Assembly (NCBI GenBank): GCA_963766075.1
Contig: CAVYAN010000061.1
Span: forward strand, 32,001 to 96,000
DNA: 64,000 bases
Source: an uncultured cyanobacterium
GTDB lineage: Bacteria > Cyanobacteriota > Cyanobacteriia > Leptolyngbyales > Leptolyngbyaceae
Reading direction: 5' to 3'
Notes under the pieces: model-generated
Seen by the model: the letters and a program-made list of their open reading frames with translations, nothing else
Databases searched by the model: none
What the model was told of the DNA's origin: nothing
Made by a program: the position numbers and the translations under genes
In this document: piece after piece, positions 17,965 through 29,424 of the stretch
Layout: each line of letters starts with the position of its first letter
How positions within the stretch are numbered: the stretch's first letter is position 1

Positions 17965-20043
17965 TCACATAAACATCTCGTTAATCATACCCTGGTAGCG
18001 ATCCATCACGACGTTCCGCCGCATTTTTAGCGTTTGGGTCAGGAGTCCATTCTCGATGGAGAACGGTTCGAGGATCAGGCGAAATGGGCCGATGCGATCG
18101 TCCACCTTGTAGCCGGGACGATTTTGGACCTCACGGTTCAGCTCTTGGCGAAAGAGGTCTTGGATTGATTTGGCATCCAGGGCGATGGCTGTCGCGGCGG
18201 GTGATTCCGGGGTCGAGTGTGGGGTCGAGTCTGGGGCGGTATCCAGGGCCAGACCCTGGGCTGTCGCCCATTCCTGGAGGGCTTCCAAGTTGGGCACGAT
18301 GAACGCCCCTAACGCCTTTTGGTCCTGGCCTACCAGCATGATCTGGCCAATGTAGGGACTGCGCAGGCAGGCATCTTCGATCGGCTGAGGCTCAATGTTT
18401 TCACCATTGGTCAGGACAATCGTGTCCTTAGCCCGCCCCGTAAGCACCAGATCGCCATAGCTCGTCACCCAGCCGAGGTCGCCGCTGTCAAACCAGCCTT
18501 CGGGGTCAATTGCCTTAGCGGTGGCGGCGGGATTATTGTAGTAGCCCTTCATAATCTGCGGCCCGCGCAACAGGACCAATCCGCGTTTGCCCTGGGGAAG
18601 GTCTTGTCGGGTTTCAGCATCAACAATGCGGACGGCGGTTCCGGCGATCGGGGGACCAGAGGAGCCTTTTAAATTTCGCCAGGGACGGCGGACATTGGTG
18701 ACCGGAGAGGTTTCCGTCAAGCCGTACCCCACCAGCACATTGACCCCGACAATTTCAAAAAAGTCGTCCATGTGCCGAGGCAGAGCCCCGCCACCGCTGA
18801 TTGCCGCCCGAAACTCGCCCCCCGTCACAGCGGCGCGAATGGCCTGGTAGACCATTTTTTCGCCCAGGGCATGGAACGGAGAGAACACCAAGGCTTGCAG
18901 TCCGCCCATCAAACGCTGGGGCAGGGCCGGATCCTGCTTCAGTAAATCCAAGTTTTGCCAGAGGCGCTGACCTGCAAGATAGCGCTGGCTCATGCCTAGA
19001 AAAAGTTGGATTAGCTTTTGTTTGTTGGCGGGTTGGTCCTTGAATTGCTTTTGCACGCCTTCGTAGACAGACTCCCAAATGCGAGGAACGCTGACCATGT
19101 AGTGGGGCTTGTACGCCTTCAGGTCTTTTTTGATGGTGCGGATGCTGGTGTAGACCTGGGTACAGCCTTGGGAGAGCAGGTAATATTCCACGGTGCGTTC
19201 GTAGGAGTGCCAGGTGGGCAGAATGCTGAGCACGCGATCGCCCCCTGCCGGTTGAATCACCGTCCCAAAGGTCGTGACCTGATGCATCAAATTGCCGTGG
19301 GTGAGCATGACCCCCTTAGGCTGTCCGGTGGTGCCAGAGGTGTAGATCAGTGTGGCTAAATCCTGGCGGGTACGCTTTATGGGGTGAAGGCTGTGGCCTT
19401 TGCCCAGGTCGAGCAGTTGCGAAAAACTTAGAACTTTCAGAGTGTTATCTGAGCTGGCATCGAGGTCCGGTTCTTCATCGGAGAGGAAAATAACGGCGCG
19501 AAGGGCGGTAGGGTCGAGGCGATCGCGCAATCGTTGAAAGGTGGCCTGATCTTCCACAACCAAAACACTAGAGCCGCTGTTTTGCAAAATAAATAAAAGT
19601 TCTTCCTTTTCTGCCTGAGAGCTCCGCACGGCATTTATCGCCCCCGCCATCATCATCCCCTGGTCGGCAATCAACCAGCGAGGACTATTATCCGCAAACA
19701 GGGAAATTCGGTCTTCGGGGTGCACACCCAATGCCTGCAGCCCGATCGCGAATTGCTGCATTTGCTCCAGAAGTTCTCCATAGGTGATTTTAACGGGGGG
19801 CTTCAGGTGTGGAGCGTGGAGGGCAAGGACTTGTCCATGGCGCTGGGCCACGATCGCCCAAATCTCTGGAATGGTCTGCACAGCACTGTAGTCGTAGACT
19901 TTTGCCAGATTTTGGCGTTCGCGATCGGTGAGTTGATAGGGACTGGCAGCAGAATTCATGACAGCGACTCCTGGAGCGGATGAACAGACCCTGGGAACGG
20001 GAAGGATTTCTGGAGATGATTGTACAATCATCGCTGAATCCAT
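17965..20043 (-). CDS. aas: Long-chain acyl-ACP/CoA synthetase
   Basis: YTSGTTGQPKG, GYGLTET, GWFDSGDLG, GRAKDTIVLTNGENIEP, LLTQTLK; true start may be ATG 19959. Confidence 0.9.
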   Translation of the reverse strand: MDSAMIVQSSPEILPVPRVCSSAPGVAVMNSAASPYQLTDRERQNLAKVYDYSAVQTIPEIWAIVAQRHGQVLALHAPHLKPPVKITYGELLEQMQQFAIGLQALGVHPEDRISLFADNSPRWLIADQGMMMAGAINAVRSSQAEKEELLFILQNSGSSVLVVEDQATFQRLRDRLDPTALRAVIFLSDEEPDLDASSDNTLKVLSFSQLLDLGKGHSLHPIKRTRQDLATLIYTSGTTGQPKGVMLTHGNLMHQVTTFGTVIQPAGGDRVLSILPTWHSYERTVEYYLLSQGCTQVYTSIRTIKKDLKAYKPHYMVSVPRIWESVYEGVQKQFKDQPANKQKLIQLFLGMSQRYLAGQRLWQNLDLLKQDPALPQRLMGGLQALVFSPFHALGEKMVYQAIRAAVTGGEFRAAISGGGALPRHMDDFFEIVGVNVLVGYGLTETSPVTNVRRPWRNLKGSSGPPIAGTAVRIVDAETRQDLPQGKRGLVLLRGPQIMKGYYNNPAATAKAIDPEGWFDSGDLGWVTSYGDLVLTGRAKDTIVLTNGENIEPQPIEDACLRSPYIGQIMLVGQDQKALGAFIVPNLEALQEWATAQGLALDTAPDSTPHSTPESPAATAIALDAKSIQDLFRQELNREVQNRPGYKVDDRIGPFRLILEPFSIENGLLTQTLKMRRNVVMDRYQGMINEMFM

Positions 20044-20102
20044 GCTGAACCCATATTCTTCTTACTTTTACAGAAACTTTTTGTAAAAGAACTTTTTGTA
20101 AA

Positions 20103-20136
20103 AAAGAATGCATTGTCTATAGACAATGCATTCTTT
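20103..20136 (-). terminator. Perfect 34-bp palindrome, probable terminator of the DUF3352 gene
   Basis: AAAGAATGCATTGTCTA/TAGACAATGCATTCTTT, T-rich on the minus strand at the stem end. Confidence 0.6.
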
Positions 20137-20225
20137 CTCAGATTTTTCCGCCACTGGCTTGTTTCCTGCCACTGACTTGTTTCCTGCCACTGACTTGAAG
20201 CGGGTTTAGCCCGTTACCGAGATAA

Positions 20226-21842
20226 CTACTTCGCCGGTTTGAGGGCCAAGACCGCTTCAAATTGACTGGTGGTTTTGTCCGCTTGAGTGGTCGTGCCACC
20301 CAAGCCCTTAATCGAATTTAGGATAGCCGCAGTTTCCGGTGGCATGGACTGCTGTTGCGACATCAGCATTACCTTATTCACCAAGGTCATGGTTTTTTCC
20401 ATGTCCATGTAGAAATAACCAATATTTTGCTTGGGCAAGGAGGCCGTGACGGCCTTGAAGGTGTCACTGGCATCCAAGGCCGGATTGGGCTTGCTGGACA
20501 GGGTGGTGACGAGTTGATCGCCAGTAGCAATGAACAGGGTGTCATTGTCTAGCCAACCATGGCCCAGAATCGCCCCCTGAGGAGTCTGCCATTCAGTGAC
20601 TTTCTTGCCGTTCACATCGCGCTGGGCAACGGGCAGGGATTGCCGCTTGGCGATCGCATCGAGCTTTTCCAGGGTCGCTTCTGCGGTTTTGCGATCGCTG
20701 GTATCAAAGACCAACGCCCCGCCAAATCCAAGCTGGGCCAGCAAGCCTTGATCCAGCGGCATCATCCCCAGGGCAAATTCGCCATCCATCCAGCCAAAAA
20801 TATCCTTATCCAGGTCAAACCCCACCATTTGGGTACCGCTCCGCATCGCGTCCACGGCGGCTTTGACCTCTGTATCATCCTTGGTTTGGGCCACCACTTG
20901 CTTCCAGAGGGCACTGGCATTGGCCCCGGAAATGAGCGCAAAGGTTTGGGCCGGGAATTGGCCAACGACCTTGCCGGGGGAAGGCTGCTGTTCCATCGCC
21001 AGTTTGGCATCGACATTCACGGCCCCTTTGAAGCGCAATCCAACCTGATCAATGCCCACCACGGCCACCATGGATTTCACCCGCTTCAGCCGTTCCAGGG
21101 TGGCGGCAGTGGGCTTGGCGGCAGACTTGGGATTGCTCACCGCTTGGACGAATCCGGCATAGTCTGGCATATAGAACCGCGCCAAGGTATTTTCCACTTC
21201 GCCCGACTTGGCTAACAGTTGAGCGGCTTCAGGTTTCGTGGCAAAGGACGGTTCGCCCTTAAAGGTATCGATCGCCTGTTCAACGGCTTTCTGATCAGAA
21301 GACAGCATCAGGTAGGTATCTTTCAGGACCGCCGTATAGGTGGGTTTACCCGATTCACCTGCCATCTCCGTCACTTTGATGCCCTTGTAGTCGCTTTCCG
21401 TACTTTTAACTTTGGCTTCGCTCTTCATCTTGTTCGCAAATTTCAAGGCACTTACCTTGTCCTTAATGGCGATCGCCACCAGCGGCTCTGGCCCCTTGCT
21501 GGCCGTGGGCATCATTGCCACCATAATATTGCCGACCCAAGGCTTCAAGTCTTGATCCACATTGACCTTGGTTTCGGTCACCATTTTTTGCTGGAATTCC
21601 TGAAAGTTCTTGTCCATGACTTTCTGGGCTTCCGGAGTCCCAAACTGCTTGAGCTTGGCCCAATTTTTTTCGTCTGTTGAAATAAATGCTGCCATGTAGG
21701 CATCATCAGGAATCACCTTGGCGATCGCTAAGGGATTTGCATCACTGCCTGCCGCCCCGTTCAAGTAAAAGTATGCTCCTGCTGCGCCCCCTGCCACTGC
21801 AACTACGCCGATAGCGGGCAGAATTAACTTTTTCATAGACAT
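20226..21842 (-). CDS. DUF3352 domain protein
   Basis: N-terminal TM, LKQFGTPEAQ, DLKPWVG, DLDKDIFGWMDGEFAL, GYFYMDM. Confidence 0.85.
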   Translation of the reverse strand: MSMKKLILPAIGVVAVAGGAAGAYFYLNGAAGSDANPLAIAKVIPDDAYMAAFISTDEKNWAKLKQFGTPEAQKVMDKNFQEFQQKMVTETKVNVDQDLKPWVGNIMVAMMPTASKGPEPLVAIAIKDKVSALKFANKMKSEAKVKSTESDYKGIKVTEMAGESGKPTYTAVLKDTYLMLSSDQKAVEQAIDTFKGEPSFATKPEAAQLLAKSGEVENTLARFYMPDYAGFVQAVSNPKSAAKPTAATLERLKRVKSMVAVVGIDQVGLRFKGAVNVDAKLAMEQQPSPGKVVGQFPAQTFALISGANASALWKQVVAQTKDDTEVKAAVDAMRSGTQMVGFDLDKDIFGWMDGEFALGMMPLDQGLLAQLGFGGALVFDTSDRKTAEATLEKLDAIAKRQSLPVAQRDVNGKKVTEWQTPQGAILGHGWLDNDTLFIATGDQLVTTLSSKPNPALDASDTFKAVTASLPKQNIGYFYMDMEKTMTLVNKVMLMSQQQSMPPETAAILNSIKGLGGTTTQADKTTSQFEAVLALKPAK

Positions 21843-22252
21843 TTTAGGTTCCTCAAGATTCTTAAAGATTGCCCTGCCAGATTTGATCCCACCCTGGCAC
21901 CCAGCAGATTCAGGCAGATGCATGACAAAGGATTGTCATCGTAGAGTTCCCCGGAACTCTGGCATCAGCGCAGTTTTGGTTGAACCACGAAATCCGTAGC
22001 ATTACAGAGAGGAAACACGCTAGGGTCGTCCGATTTCGGAGAGACGGCTTAAAACTCTAGCTTAAAACTCTAAAACGGGTTCTGCCAGTAGGTAGCCTGG
22101 GCAATCCTGAGCCAAGGGAAGGCTGTAAAGCATTTCACAAGCGGTAAACTAACTCGCCGCAACCTAATCACTATATTTTTTGCCAGGGCCACAGTTTTTT
22201 GCTAGGGCCACAGTAGGATGGGAAAAACACAACCCGGACCCATGAAAAAATC

Positions 22253-22774
22253 ATGGCTAAAATCCAGACTTTCTGCACTGCTGTCATGGCGGTTGCCATG
22301 ACCGCCTCCAGCCTAATTCTATTTACCCATCGCGCCAGTGGCCAAATGTCTGAGGTGCCGTTGCCCAATCGGAGTGGTGACTTCACAACCGCATTGGTCT
22401 TGGGCAATCGTGGGTACTACACCAATGACAAATGGCTGGTGGTCAAGCCGCCCAATCCCGCCCAGATGAAGGACTACGGCATTACTTGCCACGACACGCC
22501 CAACGGTCCGGTGCGATCGCGCATTGTTCCGGGCGCAATTATGACCGCTGTTTTTCGCGGTCCTGCCAATCTCCCTGGATATACGGGGCCAAATTTGGCC
22601 AATGATGCGATCGCCCTTCACGAGGGCCTGCCCTGGCTGCGGGTGCGCGGCACGCAGGCTGAACTCGCCTATCCAGATGCCGGTCGCCGCTGGGATGAAT
22701 TGGGAGAGTGCTACGTGCGCGCTAATATCCAACAAATTGCGCCGATTACCACCGATGCCTTGCGATCGCCCTAG
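22253..22774 (+). CDS. Hypothetical exported protein
   Basis: 173-aa ORF with signal-like N-terminus, GLPWLRV and ECYVRAN segments; family not recognised. Confidence 0.6.
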   Translation: MAKIQTFCTAVMAVAMTASSLILFTHRASGQMSEVPLPNRSGDFTTALVLGNRGYYTNDKWLVVKPPNPAQMKDYGITCHDTPNGPVRSRIVPGAIMTAVFRGPANLPGYTGPNLANDAIALHEGLPWLRVRGTQAELAYPDAGRRWDELGECYVRANIQQIAPITTDALRSP

Positions 22775-22831
22775 CAGAGCGGCTGCTAGCCCCTAAAAAC
22801 CAGTTTCTCCCCCACGCCTATCCCAAAGCGC

Positions 22832-22861
22832 AGCGCCCCCTCTATTGCTAGAGAGGGCGCT
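22832..22861. terminator. GC-rich hairpin between convergent genes (psbA terminator)
   Basis: AGCGCCCCCTCT-attgct-AGAGAGGGCGCT. Confidence 0.6.
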
Positions 22862-22921
22862 CAAAGGCATTGAACTCAGACGATTTCAGTCAACCTCAAA
22901 CCATCAACTCTTAGTCAGAGA

Positions 22922-24007
<1,086 letters not shown>

Positions 24008-24063
24008 GGTTTTATAATTCCAAAAAAGTATGTATGTATAGAAGCGTTGCGCTCTATGTCTTC

Positions 24064-24092
24064 ACATTAATCCATTTGTTGAGAAATGTAAA
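24064..24092 (-). promoter_or_regulatory. Putative psbA promoter
   Basis: Minus strand TTTACA-17 bp-TAATGT; TTTACA -35 element is typical of psbA promoters. Confidence 0.55.
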
Positions 24093-24160
24093 GGAATCCG
24101 TACGCTGAGGGGGAGCATCTACACCCAATGTTTGCTGGCTGGGCGCTTCCCTCCATGAGA

Positions 24161-24207
24161 TAGGCCAGAGCAGTTGTAACAATCATTGTTACAACTGCTC
24201 TGGCCTA
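24161..24207. other. Perfect 23-bp inverted repeat (47-bp palindrome)
   Basis: TAGGCCAGAGCAGTTGTAACAAT-c-ATTGTTACAACTGCTCTGGCCTA. Confidence 0.9.
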
Positions 24208-24261
24208 AGCAGCATTCTCTCAATATCACATTGAATAGATCGCCGTGAAGGTAGAGTTGTT

Positions 24262-24669
24262 CTATTGTTTTGCCTGACTGGCTTTGTATGCTGCCCAGCC
24301 GCCATAGTTGGAAATATCGAGCCAGTTGAACTGTTCGACCAGTTCGCGGGGATAGAGGATAGCAGTGAGGACTTCACCATCCTCTAACACCACGTCAGCG
24401 GGGTACATGTGGGGCGGTTCAGTAGAAACCAGATGGTCGTATTGGGTTGGTGTGAGCTCATAGACTTCACCGGGGATGGAAATGCCGTTGGTGTTGACTT
24501 CGTAAATGGCGGGGTGCCATCCGTCAACAGCGGCGTGGAGGCGATATTGGGGCTTCGTGTTAGCAGTCCGGATAAAGGCTGCCCCGGAGAGGTTTCCATG
24601 ATCAGGCTGACCTCGAAGCGCCGAACCACAGATAAATACACGTTTCATTGCAGTCTCAAACTGGCTCAT
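24262..24669 (-). CDS. Gamma-glutamylcyclotransferase-like protein (allophanate hydrolase C-terminal-like)
   Basis: VFICGSALRGQPDH, YRLH, SIPGEVYEL, DISNYGGWAAY. Confidence 0.8.
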   Translation of the reverse strand: MSQFETAMKRVFICGSALRGQPDHGNLSGAAFIRTANTKPQYRLHAAVDGWHPAIYEVNTNGISIPGEVYELTPTQYDHLVSTEPPHMYPADVVLEDGEVLTAILYPRELVEQFNWLDISNYGGWAAYKASQAKQ

Positions 24670-24766
24670 AGCAGGTTAACAGGGGCGATCGCCGTAGAAA
24701 TATGACATGACGTTAAATTACCCTGTTCCGTTGACAACACTCAAGCTTTTTTGACGCAGGCTTGCA

Positions 24767-25903
24767 TCAGGCTTGGACATTGGGCAATTGGGAGGGTAAC
24801 AGACGATCCATCCAGGTTTCAAGATAAGCTCGATTTTTGGCCTGTAGTTCGGGGGCCGCTTGGTCAAAGGGAAACGAGGGAGCCAGTCCCTGAATGGCGG
24901 CGGTGGTAACGCAGAACATGGACTTCTGGAAACTGACGCACAGCTTAACGCGCACATCGGTATCGCCGCGTGTCGTGGTGGTGTAAAACTCCTGCAAATA
25001 AGGAGGAATATGATGGCGCATGTCTTGCATCAGGAGAGTGGGCGGAATGCCCGCACCACCCACGGGCAGTGGATCCGCATAGAGTGCACCGTAGGAAAAC
25101 CGAGACTGGTCGAAGGGAATTTGTTGGGCCTGGGCATTGTAGGACAGGGTGCCCATGAAGGGGAGAGAGCGGAAAAACACGGCTTCCACATAAGGCACGG
25201 CCAGATCCGTCAGGAAGGTCAAGCCTGCGGACTGCGGGATAATGTCGTAGGCTTGATCGCCGATGGTCACGGCGTAGGTCATGGGATTGCCTGCATTGGC
25301 GACGAGGGCATTGCGAACATGATCGACGACATCGGCGATGGTTTTGATTTCGCCGCGATCATAGCGATCGCTCAACTCCAAAAACATTGGACTCATGACT
25401 TCCCAAAACTGCCCCAAGGCGCTGTAGTAGCACATCTGGCGCACCTGCTCGGCCAGAAAGTCGGGGAATGCCCGAGACACGCCCTGCATAAAGAAATTCC
25501 CCCGCAGCTTGGCTTGGGTAGCCCGCTGGACATTTTCAAGGAATTCCGGTGAGTCCAGGTACTGATCCAAGCCGCCGCCGCCATGCCACATCATCGCCTT
25601 CATGCAGTATTCGGCAAATTCGTAATTGATGCGATCGTGCCACCAATGCTTCAGCAATTTCGCTAACGACACATCACCATCAAAGTATTTAAAGAAGGGA
25701 AACAGCACCAAAAACTGGTCCTGAGAAATGTAGATGAGGTTGCGCCAATAGGAATCCATGACCACGCCGTAGCTTTTCAGCACACCCACGACTTCCACCA
25801 AATTCAGATCCGATTCGGGCAGCAAGGCTCCACCGGATTCTAAGCGCGTGATGATATCCGCAAGGGGATGGGCGGAGGATGGCAGGGCGATCGCAGTCGG
25901 CAT
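24767..25903 (-). CDS. cupB: CO2 hydration protein CupB (ChpX)
   Basis: 378 aa from ATG 25903; HDRINYEFAEYCMKAMMWHGGG; GAGIPPTLLMQDMRH; FQKSMFCVTTAAI; follows ndhF4-ndhD4. Confidence 0.92.
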   Translation of the reverse strand: MPTAIALPSSAHPLADIITRLESGGALLPESDLNLVEVVGVLKSYGVVMDSYWRNLIYISQDQFLVLFPFFKYFDGDVSLAKLLKHWWHDRINYEFAEYCMKAMMWHGGGGLDQYLDSPEFLENVQRATQAKLRGNFFMQGVSRAFPDFLAEQVRQMCYYSALGQFWEVMSPMFLELSDRYDRGEIKTIADVVDHVRNALVANAGNPMTYAVTIGDQAYDIIPQSAGLTFLTDLAVPYVEAVFFRSLPFMGTLSYNAQAQQIPFDQSRFSYGALYADPLPVGGAGIPPTLLMQDMRHHIPPYLQEFYTTTTRGDTDVRVKLCVSFQKSMFCVTTAAIQGLAPSFPFDQAAPELQAKNRAYLETWMDRLLPSQLPNVQA

Positions 25904-25991
25904 GGGGAATGACCTTTTGAGCGTAGATAAGCAAACAAAGAGAGTAATGGTGCGATAACTGGCGCTATGACTGGCGCGATAACTACTGGTT

Positions 25992-27540
25992 CTACAATAC
26001 TTTGGCAGGAATGTTTTCGGTTTCTGGAGACAATAGCTTAGTGCCGGCGGTATCCAACTGCGACGGCGGTACATTGCCAATCGTGGGATAAATCAGCATG
26101 GCGGTGGTGGTGGTTTCTGTCCAGCGTGCGAGCCAACTGGGCTGCAAGCCTAGGAGCACAATCAGGAGAGCTAGCACCGCACTGGGAATCCGTTCACTCC
26201 ACAGCACACGCGGTAGGTTAGAAAACTGCTCCGGCAAACGGCCAAAAAATGTCCGGTTTACCAGCAGCAGAAAATAAACCGCTGTCAACCCCGTGCCGAC
26301 CATGCACAGTAGCGTTTGCAACGGGAAATATGGGAAAGCAGCCCCGAAACACCATGAACTCGGAGATAAACCCCATCATGCCGGGAATGCCCGCGCTGGC
26401 CATGACCCCAACGACCATCAAACTGCCAATCAGGGGCAGACCCCGCTCTGGATTTAACAAGCCGCGCAGCGTATCAATATCCCGGGTGCCAGTTTTTTTG
26501 TAAACCACGCCCACCAGTAGAAAGAGCAGTCCAGAGACTAAACCGTGGCTGATCATTTGGAAAACAGCACCCAAAAGGCTTAAGGGGGTTGCTGCCGCTG
26601 CCGCCAGCAGAATAAATCCCATGTGGCCGACGGAACTGTAGGCCACCATTTTTTTCATATCTTTTTGGGCGATCGCCGTAAAGGCCCCGTACAGCACACT
26701 CACCACGGCCCAACTGGCCAAGTAGGGCGCAAAGACGGCCCACGCCTCGGGAAACAAGCCTAAGCCAAACCGCAACAGGCCATAGGTCCCCAATTTCAGC
26801 AGCACCCCAGCCAACAGAACCGACACGGGCGTGGACGCTTCAACGTGGGCATCGGGGAGCCAGGTATGGAACGGCACCAGCGGAATTTTGATGCCAAAGC
26901 CAATGATGATCGCCCCCAGCAGGATCAGTTGGGTGGTGAGGGGGAGCGCCAGCGATCGGGTCACATCATAGTCAAAACTGGTGGCCCCACTAATCCAGGT
27001 CAGCCCCAAAAAGCCCGCTAAAATAAGCACGCCCGAAGCCGCCGTATAAATCAGAAACTTTGTGGCCGCATAGCCCCGGCGCACGCCGCCCCAAATCCCG
27101 ATCAAGAAATACAGGGGAATCAGTTCCAGTTCATAAAATAGAAAGAACAGCAGTAAATTCTGAGATAAGAATGCGCCCACTACGCCCACATTCAGCAAGA
27201 GCATCAAAATGTAGTACAGCTTGGGGCGATTGATATCGCGATCGGTAGCGTAGAGGGCGAAGCCGGTCAGCAAGGCGTTCAGCACCACTAGCGGCAAAGA
27301 TAAGCCATCTAAGCCCAAGCGATAGGTCAAGCCTAAAGCCTCTAGCCAAGGCAAATCTTCCTGAAACTGCAAGTTTGAGGCAGCCGAATTGAACTGGAAG
27401 CCCAGGCCCATCGACCAGACAAAGGCGATCGCCATAGCCACCAGGGAAATCGTCCGAGAATATTTGGGGGCGATCGCTGAAGGCAACAGGGCCACCAAGA
27501 GTGCCGCTACCAGGGGAATGAGAATGAGGGCGGTAAGCAT
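25992..27540 (-). CDS. ndhD4: NDH-1 subunit D4, frameshift near 26320
   Basis: LHTWLPDAH-type motif PFHTWLPDAHVEA, LLKLGTYG, GLLNPERGLP; C-terminus QTLLCMVGTGLTAVYFL continues in the shifted frame. Confidence 0.9.
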
Positions 27541-27588
27541 GGATGTTGGAGGGTGAGTATGAAGGTCTGGGTTGGGGCAACTCGCCGA

Positions 27589-29424
27589 TTAAAAGAACCC
27601 ACGGGTGAGAAAGATGCCAATAACGCCAATGCCCAAAAGGATGGTCAGCATATAAAACTGGGACTGGCCAGAGACACTGTACTTGAGGCTTTCGCCGCTA
27701 AAGATTGAAGCCAGTCCAACAAAATTCACAAAGCCATCAAGGACGTAGCGATCAAACCAAGCACTAAACCGGGAAATCCAATCCACCATCCAGACAACGC
27801 TATAGCGATAAAGCTTATCGACATAAAAGTCATAGGCCAGGAGATCCTGCGCAAACTTGAGTGGTACCTGTACGGGTCTTGCCCAGGTGCGGTTGAGATG
27901 AACGCTGGCCCCGATACTGACCCCGATCGCCCCGGAAGCCATGACTAAAATGACCGCCGTCCAGTTGACATAGTCCACATCCGGCAGGATGGAAAGCTGC
28001 TGCATCATGACGGGAACCAGCAGCGTAATGATTGTTAATGACACCATGGGTAAGGCCATAGTCCAGGGTACTTCTGGAGCACGGCGCGTCTTGGCCTGGG
28101 TCGGCCCCAGGAAGACCAAGCGAAACAACCGAGTGAGATTCACCGCTGTCAAGGCATTCACCGCCAGCAAGATGGCCACGATCCAGGGACTGTCGTAGAG
28201 AAACGTATTAACCCCTTCGCGCATGGCCCAGAAGCCGCCAAACGGCAGGAGTCCGACTAAGCCCGCTGAACCCACAATAAAGGCCACAGTCGTAGCGGGC
28301 ATTTTGCGGGCTAGGCCCCCCATCTCGGTCACGTCTTGGCTGACGGTTGTGAGGGTCACAGAGCCAGTGCTCATGAACAGAAGGGCTTTAGCGATCGCAT
28401 GGGTAAACAGGACAATCATGGCGAAATTTGTCCACTGCATCCCGATCGCAATAAACACAAGCCCCAGATAGGCACTGGTAGTGTGGGCCAGTGCCCGCTT
28501 CATATCAATCTGGGCAATTCCCACCAGGGAAGCTCCCACTGCTGTCATGGCACCCAGCACAACCAGCGTTGTAGAGGCCACAGGAGACAAAATCAAAATG
28601 GGTTGCAGCTTAAACAGCACCCAGGCCCCACAGCCCACCACCACAGAATTTCGCAGAATCGAAGCAGGATTTGGCCCTTCCATCGCTTCATCAATCCAAA
28701 CATGCAAAGGAAACTGCGCACATTTACCAATGGGCCCCGCAATCAGGGCCAAACCCAGTAGCGTTGCTGTCATTGGGGATAACTCCGCAGTTTCTGCCCA
28801 ATCGTAGAGGTCGGGAAAATTCAAGGAACCGGATAGTGTGGCAAGCACCACCACTCCCATCAACAGCAACACATCCCCTACCCGTTTTGTCAAAAAAGCA
28901 TCCCGAGCAGCCGTGACCACGAGGGGTTGGGCGTACCAAAATCCCACCAATAGGTAGGTAGAAAGGGTGAGCATTTCCAGCAACGCATAGGTGAGGAACA
29001 GGGAATCGCTAATGGCCAATCCACTCATCGCCGCTTCAAAAAAGCCCATCAGCCCAAAAAATCGGGCCAAGGCCCAGTCTTTTTCCAGATAGCCGATCGC
29101 AAAAACCTGCGCCAAGAGACTAAGCCCAGTGATCACTTCCATTGCCCCGCAATTGACCGGAGAAATGTCCAACATAAAGGACAAATCCAATCCCGCTGCC
29201 GCGAACCAATGGAAAATGAAGGGCTGCAGGTCTTGCCCCAGGGAGGCCCGAAACACCAAGGCCCCGTGCACCAGTGCCACCACGGTCATAAACAGGTTGA
29301 AATAGGCAGCAGGACGCGGCCCCGTCCGGTGAATAATGCCCGCAGACCAGGGCAACGTCAACACTGCGCCAACCAAGCCGTAGCAGGGAATCCACCAAGC
29401 CGTGTCAATGAAAAACTGTTGCAT
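27589..29424 (-). CDS. ndhF4: NDH-1 subunit F4
   Basis: RTGPRPAAY, WYAQPLVVTAARDAFLTKRVGD, DEAMEGPNPASILRNS; upstream of ndhD4-cupB. Confidence 0.92.
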   Translation of the reverse strand: MQQFFIDTAWWIPCYGLVGAVLTLPWSAGIIHRTGPRPAAYFNLFMTVVALVHGALVFRASLGQDLQPFIFHWFAAAGLDLSFMLDISPVNCGAMEVITGLSLLAQVFAIGYLEKDWALARFFGLMGFFEAAMSGLAISDSLFLTYALLEMLTLSTYLLVGFWYAQPLVVTAARDAFLTKRVGDVLLLMGVVVLATLSGSLNFPDLYDWAETAELSPMTATLLGLALIAGPIGKCAQFPLHVWIDEAMEGPNPASILRNSVVVGCGAWVLFKLQPILILSPVASTTLVVLGAMTAVGASLVGIAQIDMKRALAHTTSAYLGLVFIAIGMQWTNFAMIVLFTHAIAKALLFMSTGSVTLTTVSQDVTEMGGLARKMPATTVAFIVGSAGLVGLLPFGGFWAMREGVNTFLYDSPWIVAILLAVNALTAVNLTRLFRLVFLGPTQAKTRRAPEVPWTMALPMVSLTIITLLVPVMMQQLSILPDVDYVNWTAVILVMASGAIGVSIGASVHLNRTWARPVQVPLKFAQDLLAYDFYVDKLYRYSVVWMVDWISRFSAWFDRYVLDGFVNFVGLASIFSGESLKYSVSGQSQFYMLTILLGIGVIGIFLTRGFF

